Shown: positions 26,670 through 41,007, counted from the first letter of the stretch. The stretch is DNA of 64,000 nt from Zygnema circumcarinatum SAG 698-1b (GCA_037447605.1 CM074810.1:3630880-3694879), one strand, 5' to 3'. The notes: generated by a model from the sequence alone, not told the origin. Translations and numbers: made by a program.

Positions 26670-27347
26670 ACGAGTAAACCCCGTCTTTTTGAAATAGAAA
26701 TTATATTCAAGTCAGATCTCATAAATGCATGTCGACAAGCTTGAAACAATTCCTTTTAAAGTTTTAAGTAGACAGATCTCTCTCTCACTCTCTCCCCATA
26801 CCCCCTCTCCCTCTCCCTCTCCCTCTCCCTCTCCCTCTCCCTCNNNNNNNNNNCCTCTCCCTCTCCCTCTCCCTCTCCCTCTCTCCACAAAAGCAGATGC
26901 AGTCGCTAAAGGTAGGATTATCATGCGGCTGGATGTGCAACTCCGAATAACATTCATTAATCGATATTCAAAAAATTTATGTGTCCCGGAACTGTCGAAG
27001 GGCACCTTCACCCACAGCTTTCCAAATAGAAGGCAATCCTTTCTTTTTCAAGGTGGCGGGCTTCAAGTTGCAACAAAAATCTTGAACCCCAGAATATTTA
27101 CAGCCTCAAAACTGAAAGTATCGACTTTCCCAGCGCTCGATCCGAGCAGACATTGAGGTTAACAGTACCAAAGAGCTGCAGCATTTCTAAAACCCTAAAA
27201 CCACCAAAATGTACGAGCCTAAATCACAAAACCCCTAAAGCTCTAAAACCCGAAACCCTACCTTGAGACGGTTTGTCAGTCTGTTCTTAAAGAAAAGGAA
27301 AATACGTGAGTTCATCTCAAAATAGCATATTTTTTTTTGAAGCGAAT

Positions 27348-28562
27348 TTAAGTTTGACTATTTATGTCACACATGCATTGCATGGGATAACAAAATCCGA
27401 CTGACGGATTTATTTTTTCCCGCCTGCATCCTGACTGCCAATAGGAGCCTCTGTAGGCTGCCACTGCCAACCCTAAAATTTTCATATCTACAGTCTCTCC
27501 CTGAAAGAAAGGCCAAAAAACTTGCGGATCAAGCACAAGCGTTTCCTGCTCTCCCCTCCAACATTACCATCACAAAAAGAAAAAAAAAAGAAAAAAAAGT
27601 TCAATCTTTTTACTATCTGATTCAAGTGCGAAGAAAGAATGATTGGCGGATTTTCACATGGAGATGATACGAATGATGATTTGAGATTTTTTTTTTTTGA
27701 TGATTTGGTGATGATTTGCTACGCTCACGATATGAAGAAGTTATATAATGTAATGGGAGGTGATGTGAAGTATGCACACGAATTTTGGGCATTACACCCC
27801 TCCATCGCACCATCAAAGTTTGTAAGGGTTTTTAGGGCTTTTAGGGTTTTTAAGGTTTTTAGGGTTTTTAGGGTTTTGAGGGTCTCCAAACTCTCCAAAC
27901 TTCATGCCGACTTCATCTAAAGTCGGTTTTTTTTGTCAACGGGATAAGCCCCAAAATTGATAAAAAAAAATGTTTATTGCTCATGGGCCAATAACTTCAG
28001 GAGATTTTGAAGGTATATCATTGATGCTTCAAAAGTACGTTATGAATGCTTTTTTATGCATGCAGAATTGCACCTTCATGAAGCCGTGAAAGTAGCCGCG
28101 CTCTCCCTCCACCACGTGTCCCCAATTGCTCCGTCCGTCCGTCAGCACCAGCAGGTCACTGCAGGGGGAAACCCTAAAATCTCAGCTCGTCATGCAAAGG
28201 GAGTACCTCGCACGCATCAAAACACATACCCGTACAGTACCCGTTCTAAATGCTGACGAGATAGGGAAGCCAGGAACCCGGCGAACGGCTTTGAGGTCGT
28301 CCACGTTCTTTGGTAGCTCCGATGACATTTAGGGTTTGATGATGCTTGAGCAATTTGGAGGGTTTTGATGAGGTCAGGATGAAAGGTTGTCGGAGAGCAT
28401 GTAGGGTTCAGGAGAAATGGGAGAAGGGTGAAAGCGGGGGAAGGAGAGATGGGTTGTGGGGGGGGAGGGAGGGGGTTCAGAGAGAGTCAGAGAGAAGAGA
28501 AACGGCAGAGACGTAGAGCGAGAGCATGCAACGGGAGAAAGAGAAAGGCGAGAGAGAGAGAG

Positions 28563-28608
<46 letters not shown>

Positions 28609-29973
28609 NNNNNNNNNNGGGGTCGTGAGGGAGAGGGTGGGGAGAGGGTGGGGAGAGGGGGGGAGAGTTGGGGGGGGGAAGGGCGGAAGGGAGAGGGGAG
28701 GGAGTGGGGGGGAAGGGAGAGGGAGAGGGAGGCGGGGACAGGGGGGGGAGAGTGGGGGGGGGGAAGGGCGGAAGGGAGAGGGGAGGGAGTGGGGAGGGAG
28801 GGAGAGGAGAGGGAAAGGGAGATGGGGAGAGGGGGGGGAGAGTTGGGGGAGGGAGAGGGCGGAAGGGAGAGGGGAGGGAGATGGAGGTGGGGAGAGGGGG
28901 GCGAGTGGGGGGGAAGGGAGAGGGAGAGGGAGGGGGGGAAGAAAGGAGGGAGGGGGAGGGAGGGAGAGAGAAACAGATTGGGAGAGAGGGGGAAGGTGGA
29001 CGAAAAGGGAGCGGGGAGGGAGAGAGTGAAAGAAGAAGAGGGGTTTACGGGAGTGGGGGGGGGGAATGGAGAGTGAGGGGGAATGAAATGAAGACTTGGG
29101 AGGGGAGGGGAGAGATAGAGAGGCCGGAGGAGAGGTGGAGGGAGAGAGAGACATGGAGAGAGAAGGAGAGGTAGATATGGAAGGTGGGCGAGGAGAGGGA
29201 GAGGGGGGGGGAAGAGAGACACCGGCGAGGAGGAGAGGGAGAACGAAATAAAGGATTCAGATGAGAGGAAAAGGAAGAGGGAAAGAAGAGAGCGAGGGGG
29301 AGAAAGGAATAGAGACACAAAGTGGAGAGCGAACGAGAGAAGAGGCACAAAGAGAGAGAGTAAGAGAGGAGAGGGAGAAAGAGGGAGAGCAAGAGAGAGA
29401 GAGCGAGAGAGAGAGAGAGAGAGATGTATGCGATGTGCGTAGTCTATAAATACAAATGGGGTGCAAATGGGGTATAAGGAAGGTCTCCCACCTTCAATAT
29501 CATGGCAACCTCCAACGGACTTAAGGGACAAAACTGGTCTCCATACGCCTTTAATGTTTTCTCGTCATATTTACAACCTAATGAGACAGAACCCGGTAAA
29601 GAGTTACACCCCATTTGTACCCAATTTGGAAAAAGAAATGGAAAAGGTCGAAATACGTCGTCATGCATGTTGTAAAGGTTATGTTTGGACGAGAGTGTTT
29701 TTATTAGTTATCATGAGTGTGTGTGCATGTGAGAGTGGCAGGATGGGAGGGAGAGGAGCGGATGAAGAAGGTTTGCTTGTGAAAGGGAGACAGAGAAGGG
29801 AAGTTGCGAGAGAGGCTCAGATGCGGGAGAGAGGGGGCGGAGAGAGAGAAGGCGAGAGACGAAGAGAATAGTGGTAGAGAGCACGACCGGAGGAATGGGG
29901 GAGGAACGAAAGCTAGTGAGAGGTGGCAAGAGAGAGAGAAAGAGATAGAGGAAGAGCGAAGGAGAGAGGGGGG

Positions 29974-30017
<44 letters not shown>

Positions 30018-30024
30018 CATAGAG

Positions 30025-30055
<31 letters not shown>

Positions 30056-32269
30056 CTGACCGCTATGGACGAGCCAGTCGGGCTCGAATCGCATGTGCAG
30101 GGTCACATAGGGCCCATTCCGTCGTAATTTTTGAATTGCTTGTCTTCCCAGGCTGCTCTCCCCATGCAGTTCAAAAAATCGTTTAAACAAAAACTACAAA
30201 TAAATGGCCATGTACATTGAACTTAACAGACTAAAAATTTGAAGCAAAATCGAGTGGTTTTGAGGAATCAATAGTGGAACTTTCACCTTTTTCCTCTCCT
30301 CCCTCTCTAGCTTGATTTTTTTGGCTGCTTTCTCCCTTTATGTCACCTCCCAGTGCAGCTCTCTCTCCTCTCTCTCTCCCCCCTTAGCAGACATTCTTTC
30401 TCTCTCACTCTCCTTGCTCCATTGTCTCCTGCGAACTCTGCTATTTGCCCTTCTATCTTTCGCTCTCATTCTCGCTCACTTTCTCTTTCATCCTCGCCAT
30501 CTCCCTCTCTCTGCACCTACTGTCTCTCTCCAAATCCCCCTCCCTCTATGGGATACGAGTTGCTGAGCTCACTTTTGAATGTTGGGGAGAAACCGGAGAG
30601 CGTGAAAGTTTGCTCGGCATCGTAACCGCTAATAACAAAAGCAGAGAGAAAATGAGAGAGAGAGAGAGAGAGTGTCAGTGAGAGGAGTGAAATGGCAGAA
30701 AAACATGAGAGGGGAGAAGCAGTGAGGGAGAAGAGAGCGACGGAGAGCAAGGGATAGAGAGCGAAAGAGGAATAAAGGGGGATGAAAAGAAAAGAAATCT
30801 CAAAAATAACACACCAAATTTAAAGGAAAGTAGTCTGCTTTAATTTTTGTAATCAACATAAAGCATAAAACCAAAAAACAAAACCCAGAAACCCTAAACC
30901 CTGGAGGTTTTACAGCGCTTACTTGGAGGTCCAAAGGGAGATTTTCGACCAATTGCACGTGCCATCTTAATACGCAGAGAGAGCCGTCTTGAAGTAAAAG
31001 AGGGAGAATTTGTTGAGCTATTGCTTCTATGGTCAAATAATTCGCAACTTCGTAGATAATGGAGGAATCCACACATTTGGGTTCCACATTGGGAGGAAGA
31101 GTTCTGAAATGACAATTTTCTGATTCANNNNNNNNNNGTTGGGGGAGGGAGAGGGCGGAAGGGAGAGGGGAGGGAGATGGAGGTGGGGAGAGGGGGGCGA
31201 GTGGGGGGGAAGGGAGAGGGAGAGGGAGGGGGGGAAGAAAGGAGGGAGGGGGAGGGAGGGAGAGAGAAACAGATTGGGAGAGAGGGGGAAGGTGGACGAA
31301 AAGGGAGCGGGGAGGGAGAGAGTGAAAGAAGAAGAGGGGTTTACGGGAGTGGGGGGGGGGAATGGAGAGTGAGGGGGAATGAAATGAAGACTTGGGAGGG
31401 GAGGGGAGAGATAGAGAGGCCGGAGGAGAGGTGGAGGGAGAGAGAGACATGGAGAGAGAAGGAGAGGTAGATATGGAAGGTGGGCGAGGAGAGGGAGAGG
31501 GGGGGGGAAGAGAGACACCGGCGAGGAGGAGAGGGAGAACGAAATAAAGGATTCAGATGAGAGGAAAAGGAAGAGGGAAAGAAGAGAGCGAGGGGGAGAA
31601 AGGAATAGAGACACAAAGTGGAGAGCGAACGAGAGAAGAGGCACAAAGAGAGAGAGTAAGAGAGGAGAGGGAGAAAGAGGGAGAGCAAGAGAGAGAGAGC
31701 GAGAGAGAGAGAGAGAGAGATGTATGCGATGTGCGTAGTCTATAAATACAAATGGGGTGCAAATGGGGTATAAGGAAGGTCTCCCACCTTCAATATCATG
31801 GCAACCTCCAACGGACTTAAGGGACAAAACTGGTCTCCATACGCCTTTAATGTTTTCTCGTCATATTTACAACCTAATGAGACAGAACCCGGTAAAGAGT
31901 TACACCCCATTTGTACCCAATTTGGAAAAAGAAATGGAAAAGGTCGAAATACGTCGTCATGCATGTTGTAAAGGTTATGTTTGGACGAGAGTGTTTTTAT
32001 TAGTTATCATGAGTGTGTGTGCATGTGAGAGTGGCAGGATGGGAGGGAGAGGAGCGGATGAAGAAGGTTTGCTTGTGAAAGGGAGACAGAGAAGGGAAGT
32101 TGCGAGAGAGGCTCAGATGCGGGAGAGAGGGGGCGGAGAGAGAGAAGGCGAGAGACGAAGAGAATAGTGGTAGAGAGCACGACCGGAGGAATGGGGGAGG
32201 AACGAAAGCTAGTGAGAGGTGGCAAGAGAGAGAGAAAGAGATAGAGGAAGAGCGAAGGAGAGAGGGGGG

Positions 32270-32313
<44 letters not shown>

Positions 32314-32320
32314 CATAGAG

Positions 32321-32351
<31 letters not shown>

Positions 32352-35291
32352 CTGACCGCTATGGACGAGCCAGTCGGGCTCGAATCGCATGTGCAGGGTC
32401 ACATAGGGCCCATTCCGTCGTAATTTTTGAATTGCTTGTCTTCCCAGGCTGCTCTCCCCATGCAGTTCAAAAAATCGTTTAAACAAAAACTACAAATAAA
32501 TGGCCATGTACATTGAACTTAACAGACTAAAAATTTGAAGCAAAATCGAGTGGTTTTGAGGAATCAATAGTGGAACTTTCACCTTTTTCCTCTCCTCCCT
32601 CTCTAGCTTGATTTTTTTGGCTGCTTTCTCCCTTTATGTCACCTCCCAGTGCAGCTCTCTCTCCTCTCTCTCTCCCCCCTTAGCAGACATTCTTTCTCTC
32701 TCACTCTCCTTGCTCCATTGTCTCCTGCGAACTCTGCTATTTGCCCTTCTATCTTTCGCTCTCATTCTCGCTCACTTTCTCTTTCATCCTCGCCATCTCC
32801 CTCTCTCTGCACCTACTGTCTCTCTCCAAATCCCCCTCCCTCTATGGGATACGAGTTGCTGAGCTCACTTTTGAATGTTGGGGAGAAACCGGAGAGCGTG
32901 AAAGTTTGCTCGGCATCGTAACCGCTAATAACAAAAGCAGAGAGAAAATGAGAGAGAGAGAGAGAGAGTGTCAGTGAGAGGAGTGAAATGGCAGAAAAAC
33001 ATGAGAGGGGAGAAGCAGTGAGGGAGAAGAGAGCGACGGAGAGCAAGGGATAGAGAGCGAAAGAGGAATAAAGGGGGATGAAAAGAAAAGAAATCTCAAA
33101 AATAACACACCAAATTTAAAGGAAAGTAGTCTGCTTTAATTTTTGTAATCAACATAAAGCATAAAACCAAAAAACAAAACCCAGAAACCCTAAACCCTGG
33201 AGGTTTTACAGCGCTTACTTGGAGGTCCAAAGGGAGATTTTCGACCAATTGCACGTGCCATCTTAATACGCAGAGAGAGCCGTCTTGAAGTAAAAGAGGG
33301 AGAATTTGTTGAGCTATTGCTTCTATGGTCAAATAATTCGCAACTTCGTAGATAATGGAGGAATCCACACATTTGGGTTCCACATTGGGAGGAAGAGTTC
33401 TGAAATGACAATTTTCTGATTCACAATATGAGCGGTATAGAAAGAAAGGGAGAAGAGAGAAGAGAGAGAGGGGAGGGAGAAGGGAGGGGGGAGGGGTGGG
33501 AGGGGGAGTTACACAGGGAGAAGGGAGTGAGGGAGGGAGTGACTGAAGGAATTGAGGTGTAGATAGAGTTGGGAGAGAAGATGAGAGAGAGAGAGAGTGA
33601 GAGAGCGAAGAGAGAGAGAGGAAGGTGTGGAGGATAGGGCGTAGGTGCCGAACAGCACATGCATTTGGGACTTGTGTTGGATGTCACCTCACAATCTCCA
33701 CATCTCCTTTGAGTGATGTGATGAACCAGTCAACATCGAACACGTCGTCCATCTTCCTGAACGCAATCCAACCAAAAAAATTCAGAGTATTAACAGCCTG
33801 AAACTCGAAATCAACCCTCAAAACCCTACAAATCTCTCACTCTTCCTCCCTCTCTGTCTCCCCCTTCAACCTCTCTCGCTCCCCTCTCATCTCTCATCTC
33901 ATTTCAGCTCATCGCTTTCTCTCTCTCTTGCTTTTTCTCCCGCTCTCGCAAAAGAGAGAGTGAGAGAGACTCCCATTTGTGATGTATGCTCACTAACGCA
34001 ACATTGCAACGTTTCACAACCGTTTCGTGACAATGTTTTGGCCTTCTGAAGCTCCCAAAGAGCAATGTAAGTCTCCTAGCCTTCTTCCAGTGTCTCTTTC
34101 CCATTGCTTACCCTCTCCCATGATCCCCCCCCATTCCATTCTCTCCATCATGTTGTACAACGGAATGCATGCACAGTTGTTGGTGCATGCATGCATGCAT
34201 GCGCCGTCGGCCGGTCGGTCGGGCGGTGCCCCCATACATACATACATACATACATGGCCACTTTCCACACTTCGTGCTCCTCGAGGGCGGGCACGACCAG
34301 CGTCGCGTTGAGGAGCCGCGCGAGCACGACCGCGTTGGCGGCGCCCTTTCGCTGTTGGTTGAACCCGCCGCGGAGCGTAACTGTCATGTAGCCGTTGCTG
34401 CGAGCCGGAACTGCCAACGGAACGGAACGGAACATCACGGAACGGTAAACGGTGGGTCTGAGAAAATGTGCCATGCAGGAGGACTACTACTGGAAGGAGG
34501 CCGCTGAACCCCCCAGAACAAGTGCGTGCTAACACACAGGGGGGGTTAAGGCTCAGGGTTTAAGGTTTAGGGTTTAGGATATAGGGTTTCGGGTTTAGGG
34601 TTTAGGTTTTAAGGTTTAGGGTTTAAGGTTTAGGGTTTAGGGCTTAAGGTTTAAGGTTTAGGGTGTGAGATATAGGGTTTAAGGTTTAGGGTTTAGGTTT
34701 TAAGGTTTAGGGTTTAGGTTTTAAAGTTTAGGGTTTAGGTTTTAAGGTTTAGGGTTTAAGGTTAAGGGTTTAGGGCTTAAGGTTTAGGGTTTAGGGTGTG
34801 AGACATAGGGTTTAGGGTTGAGGTTTTAAGGTTTAGGGTTTAAGGTTTAGGGTTTAGGTTTTAGGGTTTAACTGTAGGGTGTCAGATTTTGGGTTTAAGG
34901 TTCAAGGTTTAGGGTTTCGGGTTTAGGGTTTAAGGTTTAGGGTTTAGGGTTTAAGGTTTAGGGTTTAAGGTTGAGGGTTGAGGGTTTAGGGTTTAGGGTT
35001 TAGGGTTTAGGGTTGACATATGGCGAGCTGCGCGGGCTTACTCGCAATGTCGGTGTCGCGCCGCACATCGCTGCAGGGCACGACCTCGCTCGCGTTCGGC
35101 CGCGGGAGCAGGAGGCCGGGGCCGTACGGCTCCACGGACTGCCACGTGGCGCGACACGGGGAGGATCGCGCAGGGAAGAAGATGGCGGCCATGGCAGCGA
35201 TGGCGAGGAGGCCGAGGAGGGGGACGAGCACCAGCCTCCTCCTCACCATGGCCATGGCCATGGCTGCCGCCAAGGCTGTAGCTCGGGCCAT
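27348..35291 (-). CDS. Plant O-fucosyltransferase-family (GT106 / DUF246) type II membrane glycosyltransferase
   Basis: Exons 35291-35042, 34410-34254, 33756-33688, 33399-33219, 32924-32869, 32448-32357, 31873-31788, an unresolved exon ending at about 28230, 28158-28074 and 27545-27348. Motifs: N-terminal TM helix, SNGYM...GGFNQQR...AVVLARLLNATLVVP, DVFDVDWFI.SL, RLRCRANFHALRF, PYVTLHMRFE, CPLSPLEV, FCYPMQCMC. An internal block is duplicated by the assembly. Confidence 0.88.
28842..33423. repeat. Identical tandem block 28842-31127 / 31138-33423 across a 10-N gap; probable assembly overlap
   Basis: Offset 2296, apparently identical including microsatellite lengths. N gap at 31128-31137. Confidence 0.9.
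34543..35013. repeat. About 470 bp interstitial telomere-like array (TTTAGGG mixed with TTTAAGG and TTTTAAGG) in intron 1 of the GT106 gene
   Basis: Directly visible. Confidence 0.95.
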
Positions 35292-36733
35292 TGAAGGAGG
35301 GGCTGAGACTTCCAAACTTCCAAGTTAGGGTTTTTAGGGTTTCGGGCGCAGAATTTTAGGGTTGCGATTTGTGGTTTTTCCCTTGAGAGTGACGTCAGCA
35401 AAAGCGCGACCAATCAGGTGCCAACGACCATGCTGTATATTTGTTGTACAGGCGTCGAGTCCGCAAGGACGGCCATTTTTGTCGTTTTGGTTAAAAATAT
35501 CGTTACACCGCCGTCGTATCGGCTGTGACCGGCAAAAAATGCCGTCGCCGGCCGTCTGCCGCCGGGACCGTCACCGCAGTTTCGCCGGCCGACTGAACTG
35601 TCCAGATTATAGATCCGTATGTATCAAACGCGTGTATTAATCCGTTCCCTACCCTTCCCTCCCCTTTCTCCTCCCCGCCAACCCGCTTCCCTCCCCTCAT
35701 CCATTTCCTTCTCCTTCGTCATGCCTCTTCGTCGCTCCTCTCGTTCCCCTTCCCCTTCCCACCCCCTTGCCTTGTCATCTGCTGTTGTTCTTCCCCCTCC
35801 TGTCCGTTCTTCCCCTCTTCCTTCTTCCCCTCTTGCTGCTCGCCCCAGACCTCTNNNNNNNNNNGTAGTTTTCCGCTTCTAGCTTCGTTTTATTGTGTTT
35901 CGGTCCTTTGTGACCAGTCCTTCGTGGTTCCACATTTTGCCTTTATCCATATACATTTGATGGCCTCGCCATCGCGAGTTCAATGAAAGTTTGCTGTGTG
36001 TATTAATACACTGTATAATACATGCGTATTATACAACATTTTAAAAATACAGTGTATTTTTAATGTATTTAACGTATTTTTTTTATTTTCGTGGTTAGTT
36101 GAACAAAATCTGATTATAATATTGAAATTCCAGCACTTGCCTAGTCACGTCACTTGCCAAACACTCAACACGTGTGACTTGGTCCGTACGTGTTCGTACA
36201 CCTATTCCGTACATAATTTCCGTACGGATCTATGTTCCGATTGTACGGCTGTTAACAGTTGCGTAAAGGTATTATACAGTGTATAATACAGTATTAATAC
36301 TGTATTATACATTGCATCAAACCTCAAACTGTATAATACGGATCTATAGTCCAGATCCACTATCAAATTTGCCAGCGTCGGTCAGATCCGATACGCCGTC
36401 GATATGGCGATATGCATAAATTTTGCAACTAACTGAGGCCACATTCGGATTTGCTTCTAAAAGTAGAGACTGTTTGCGAATTTGAGAAATTCAAGGGAAG
36501 TAATTACATGTGAACGAGCAAAGCAAATTGACCTACCAAGTGACCTATAAGAGACCTAAAAAATCCCAACTTCTGCACACTATTGTAGCCCTATAAACAT
36601 ACTCCAAAAAGTGATGTTGTTGGGTCAGACATGCTTTCATGTCATGACCAACTTCTCGCTTCTATGCTCTCTCTCCAACATTGAAACTGAACCCTCCCTT
36701 CCTCCCCCCCTGATTTGGTTCCAAAAGCAATGC

Positions 36734-38816
36734 TCAATTTCGCCAGAACTTTCTTTTCATGGTTTCCGGAAACCCAAGATGACAGAGTCTCTCGGCGGTG
36801 AATCCTCCCTTCTGTATGGGAACGGTTTGAAGGAAGGCTTGCAAGTGAGAGACGCAGGAGGGTCTCTCTCTCTCTCGCTCTCTCTCAAGGCTGAGGTAGG
36901 CTTCAAACAGCCTCTCTCCCACCGCCCCCCTAAAGAGCTCTTTCCAATTGGAAGGCCACGAGGTGAGGCCCAACAAGTTGCAATACTCCTATTTCACACC
37001 CGTCAAAAGCAACACCAATAAAAACAAAATTACACAACCGAAAGTAAAGGACCAAAAAAGAGATAAACGAAGCAAATGAAACGAAGTCATGTGAAGCTAG
37101 CGAATCATGGAGTGCCATCGCACGCGCCAACGGCCTCACCGTCATGCCGAACAGTTCCATGGGCACCTCTCGGAGGAGAGTTTTGTTGGTCTCCCTCTCG
37201 CAGGGCCAACAGTACGCGCCGTCACGCGCAGACCGCGACCCAAGAGGGGCCACTCGGCCGTCCATGAGACTGCGGGGGAAGGACACAAAGCTTGAGGGGG
37301 AGGGGTAAGGGGGAGNNNNNNNNNNGGGGAGGGGGAGGGGGAGGGAGAGAGAGAAAGAAAGAGAGAAAGAAAGAGAGATTCTAACCTCTTGGGCGGGAAA
37401 TCCCAGGTACGTTTTGTCAGCACACAGAAGGGAAAGTGCGGCCTGCGCAGATTCGGCAGGATGTCCGCATTCGCCAGATCTGCCTAAAAAACCCCCAACG
37501 GTCCAGAAATGAAGGCCAGAACGAGAACAAGTGCGCGGGAGAGAGAAAGAGAGTGAGAGAGAGAGAGAGCAGAAACTTGCAATAAACGAATCATTCTGCT
37601 CTTTCCCTCCTCTTCTTTCTTCCTCCGAGTTCCCAATCTATGAATGCTCCAAACTTCAGGTCACAGTTTCAGAAAATATGCTTGTATGTTTTCTTCCGAT
37701 CGTTGTCAGTTCTCAGGTTCTTTCATAGTTTAAACTTTCAAAATCGTACCAGAAACTTTTCTTCCGAAGTGAGAGCCCGCATTCCGCGCAGGTAGAGCCC
37801 CGGAATGGAGGACATTCCTGCAAGCGATGCAAGGCTCCATTCCCTTCCGCCCAAAGTGAAGCGGTCGTTTATCCCCCACCAGTCACTCCCTGCAAAGCCA
37901 CCCAAGTTTTCAGCCACAAACCAGCTCCTATTTGACAGTTTTATGTTGAAAAAGTATTCCCCCCCACCTCCCCTCCCCAACAACCAACCTGGCGGTATGC
38001 AGAAGTGCTGCATGATGTGGCCTGAAACAGGGTGCAAACCCTAAATCCTAAACCCTGAGTTACTTTACAGCAAGTTACTTTACAGTTCCTTCGCGCAACC
38101 CTAATTCACCCTAAGCCTGTCTAACATGGTGAAAAATTTCCACCTGGGGGAATGTAGAAGTTCTCCAGGCTGTAATTTTCGATGGGCTCCGGCGGGCCCG
38201 ACCAGACGGTGTCCGGCCTCGTCCTCAGCACCCACTCGTATTTAAAGCCCTTCAAAATTTCGTACTCTAAAATAATTTCTTTACAGGCCTCCAAAAGCTT
38301 GATATAGTGCAGCAGACCCTGCCGGCCCTTGGGAGATGCATGTTCAGCAATCACCTGTTCTATGACATCGTTTAACGGAACGTCCAACTGCTCCGCTATA
38401 TGCACTGCCACGACATTGCTGCCGTTGAGGAAGCGCACTTTCCATGCGGTACTGTCTAACGGAGTAACGACAAATACGTCCAAATTTTTGTACGCATGGA
38501 ACAGGTGGGCCTGGATGCTCGGGGCGGTGAGTTCGAATTCTCGGAGACCGCCAGCGAGACATAGGGCTAAGCGAGGGTGCTTAACCGGGGAATGCGGGAG
38601 GGAGGAGCGGGAGAGAGGGAGAGGGAGAGGGAGAGGGAGGAGGACGAGGAGGACAAGGAAAGAGAGGAGGAGGAAGAGGCGGGCGAGAGAGGACTTTAGC
38701 GGCCGTAGTGACTTAAAGATTCTGCGGGGTTTAGGATATTTGAAGTTTGGGGTTTCTATGAGATGCTCAACTTCAGGGAGAGGGTGGGAGGGAGAGGGAG
38801 AGGGAGAGGGAGCCAT
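36734..38816 (-). CDS. At3g26950-like (DUF7796-type) uncharacterised type II membrane protein with glycosyltransferase-like motifs, about 431 aa
   Basis: Exons 38816-38144, 37889-37750, 37483-37386, 37269-37140, 36988-36734, phase-consistent. Motifs: TM helix, RLALCLAGGLREFELTAPSI, SPKGRQGLLHY, YEWVLRTRPD, IPPGSDWWGINDRF, PFCVLTKRTWDFPP, GAYCWPC. Family assignment is from memory. Confidence 0.85.
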
Positions 38817-40087
38817 GGAGGAGGGAGGGAGGGAGGGAAGGGAGACTGGATAGGGCTGACGTCACTTATTTCTATGAGTTTATTATTATTTTTTAAGACT
38901 CTCGGGAAGCTGGAAGATGGAGTCGTTAATATTCACTAAAATGGGCCTAATTCGTTCAAGGATGGGAACGGGGAAAGAGGGAGGATCATTACGGAGGTTT
39001 TTAGTGGAGGAGGCGTCCTTATATGAAAAGAATACGGTCAGCTGGAAATGAATGCACAGTCAGGAGAAAAAGTAAGCGTGACATTGGACATCTAATCGGT
39101 TGATAACGGGGTAATGGGGCTATCGGAGAGAGAGAAAGAGAGGGAAGAGAGAGAGGGGTATATAGAGAGAGAGGGAGAGAGAGAGAGGGGGGAGAGAGGT
39201 ATAGAAAGGGGGGAGAGAGAGAGAGGAGAGAGAGAGAGAGGTATATAGACAGAGAGAGTGGTGTAGAGAGAGAGAGAGAGAGTGTGAGGGAGGAGAGAGG
39301 TATATAGGTGTAAAGAGAGAGGGATGAGAGGGCGAGAGAAAAGTGGAGGTTGGAACTTCAAGCGGGCAATTGAGGCTTTTACAAATTTGAATTTCTCGGT
39401 CAGTCTAAAACGCTCAAGTGCGGTCAGATTTGAGGACGACAATAATCACGAAGTTGGCCCTCCGGGGAGCCTTGCGGCAGTTTTTTGACAGGACCTCGCC
39501 AATGAAGTTTCAGTGAACCGGAAACGAATATAAGGGAAAAAAATAGTACGAACAAACCTAGAAACAAATTACGAAAATAGTCGAACTTTAACTTTGGACG
39601 GTACCGCCAATGATTGACTTGACGCTGGGAATTTGACCGTACAGCAAAAAGTTTTCAAGAGCAGAAAACTGAGGAAATTGAGGAGGAAACGAATCACAGA
39701 TCGCCACGTGGCAATTGTGAACATGTGACAGATTGTGATTGGTTTGTTCTCCCAGGACGAATTCTCGCCGGTCGTGAAAGGAAGCTTCCACAAAATTTCC
39801 CTTCAAGGTAGTGCTAAACAAATGAACAAAAGGAGCCAATGAGGGTCTGCCACGTGGGAAGGATTCTGGCTCTGATTGGTCCAATCTCGAGAAAGTTTGA
39901 CCTCAATTGAGACAAATGGACACATGGACATGGGCAGCATGTACAACACAACAACAACATCGGCCGCATGAACGACAACAACAACAACCTCGACAGCATG
40001 AACAACAACCTCAACCTCGGGCCCACGAGCGAGTTCAACAAGAAAGTGCTCATCACCATGCGAACCAACAAAGCCACATACATGGAC

Positions 40088-40227
40088 ATGTACGCATGTG
40101 CCCCTGCAAGGAGGCGCATTGTGGAGATGCTCGCATGCTTCCTCGCTGTACTAGAGCTCATACAAGACAAGCTCAACTTCGCCATTGTTCGGTTTTCCGT
40201 CAACAAGGAGGGTTTGCCAAAGGTCCA
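40088..40227 (-). pseudogene. Fragment of the 42173-43306 gene (codons about 37-83) with an in-frame TAG, copy 1
   Basis: 140 bp aligned by eye to 43058-43197 with 9 mismatches. TAT (Tyr) has become TAG. Confidence 0.9.
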
Positions 40228-40867
40228 CCCTAATCCTGACCCTATTCTTGCCTAAAACCCTAACCCGTTGACCCTAACCCGTTGACCCTAACCCGTTGAC
40301 CCTAACCCGAGAAAAGCCAAAATTTTTAATTTCTCTTTTTCTCAACCTGTTCGGTTTTACGGTATTGTTCAAATTCTCAAGTTCCAAAACATTCGATCCG
40401 CTTGTTCCAAAGTTCAACTAAAACTTGTGTTGTTTTGTCAATTGAACATTGAACAGTGAAGTAAAAAAATGTTCTATTTCTCAACCTAAATTGGTTGTAG
40501 TAGGGTATTCGACTGTTTCAATTTCCAATTCAAATTCATTCAATTGTCTAAAGAAATCGACTATTAGGGGAGGTCAGACATTGACCATAGCCGAATCAAT
40601 TCAGTAAGCCTGTTGGGCGAATTAAGCATTGGCTAGGTACAGTAGGACCCCATCATATATTTTCCACCTACATTTGGCAAAAATCGGGCGAAAATATTGT
40701 TTTTGGCAAATATAAGGTCCGTGTTACCAATAGGCGAGCGGAATTATGTTAGAGTTCATGTATGTCCGTACGTATCGTATCGTATCGTATCATTTTCTGG
40801 CCGAATGAGCGAGTTCAACAAGAAAGTGCTCATCACCATGCGAACCAACAAAGGCACATACATGAAC

Positions 40868-41007
40868 ATGTACGCATGTGCCCCTGCAAGGAGGCGCATT
40901 GTGGAGATGCTCGCATGCTTCCTCGCTGTACTAGAGCTCATACAAGACAAGCTCAACTTCGCCATTGTTCGGTTTTCCGTCAACAAGGAGGGTTTGCCAA
41001 AGGTCCA
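40868..41007 (-). pseudogene. Fragment of the 42173-43306 gene, copy 2
   Basis: Same 140-bp fragment with the same premature stop. Confidence 0.9.

Noticed and set aside
28842-33423. Apparent exon-block duplication in the GT106 gene
   Set aside because: Identical copies abutting a 10-N gap; treated as an assembly artefact, not alternative exons.
34543-35013. Chromosome end
   Set aside because: The array is degenerate and flanked on both sides by exons of one gene, so it is interstitial.
35995-36310. AT-rich inverted-repeat element (TATTAATACACTGTATAATAC and its complement)
   Set aside because: Low-complexity palindromes with undefined ends and no TSD; insufficient support for a MITE call.
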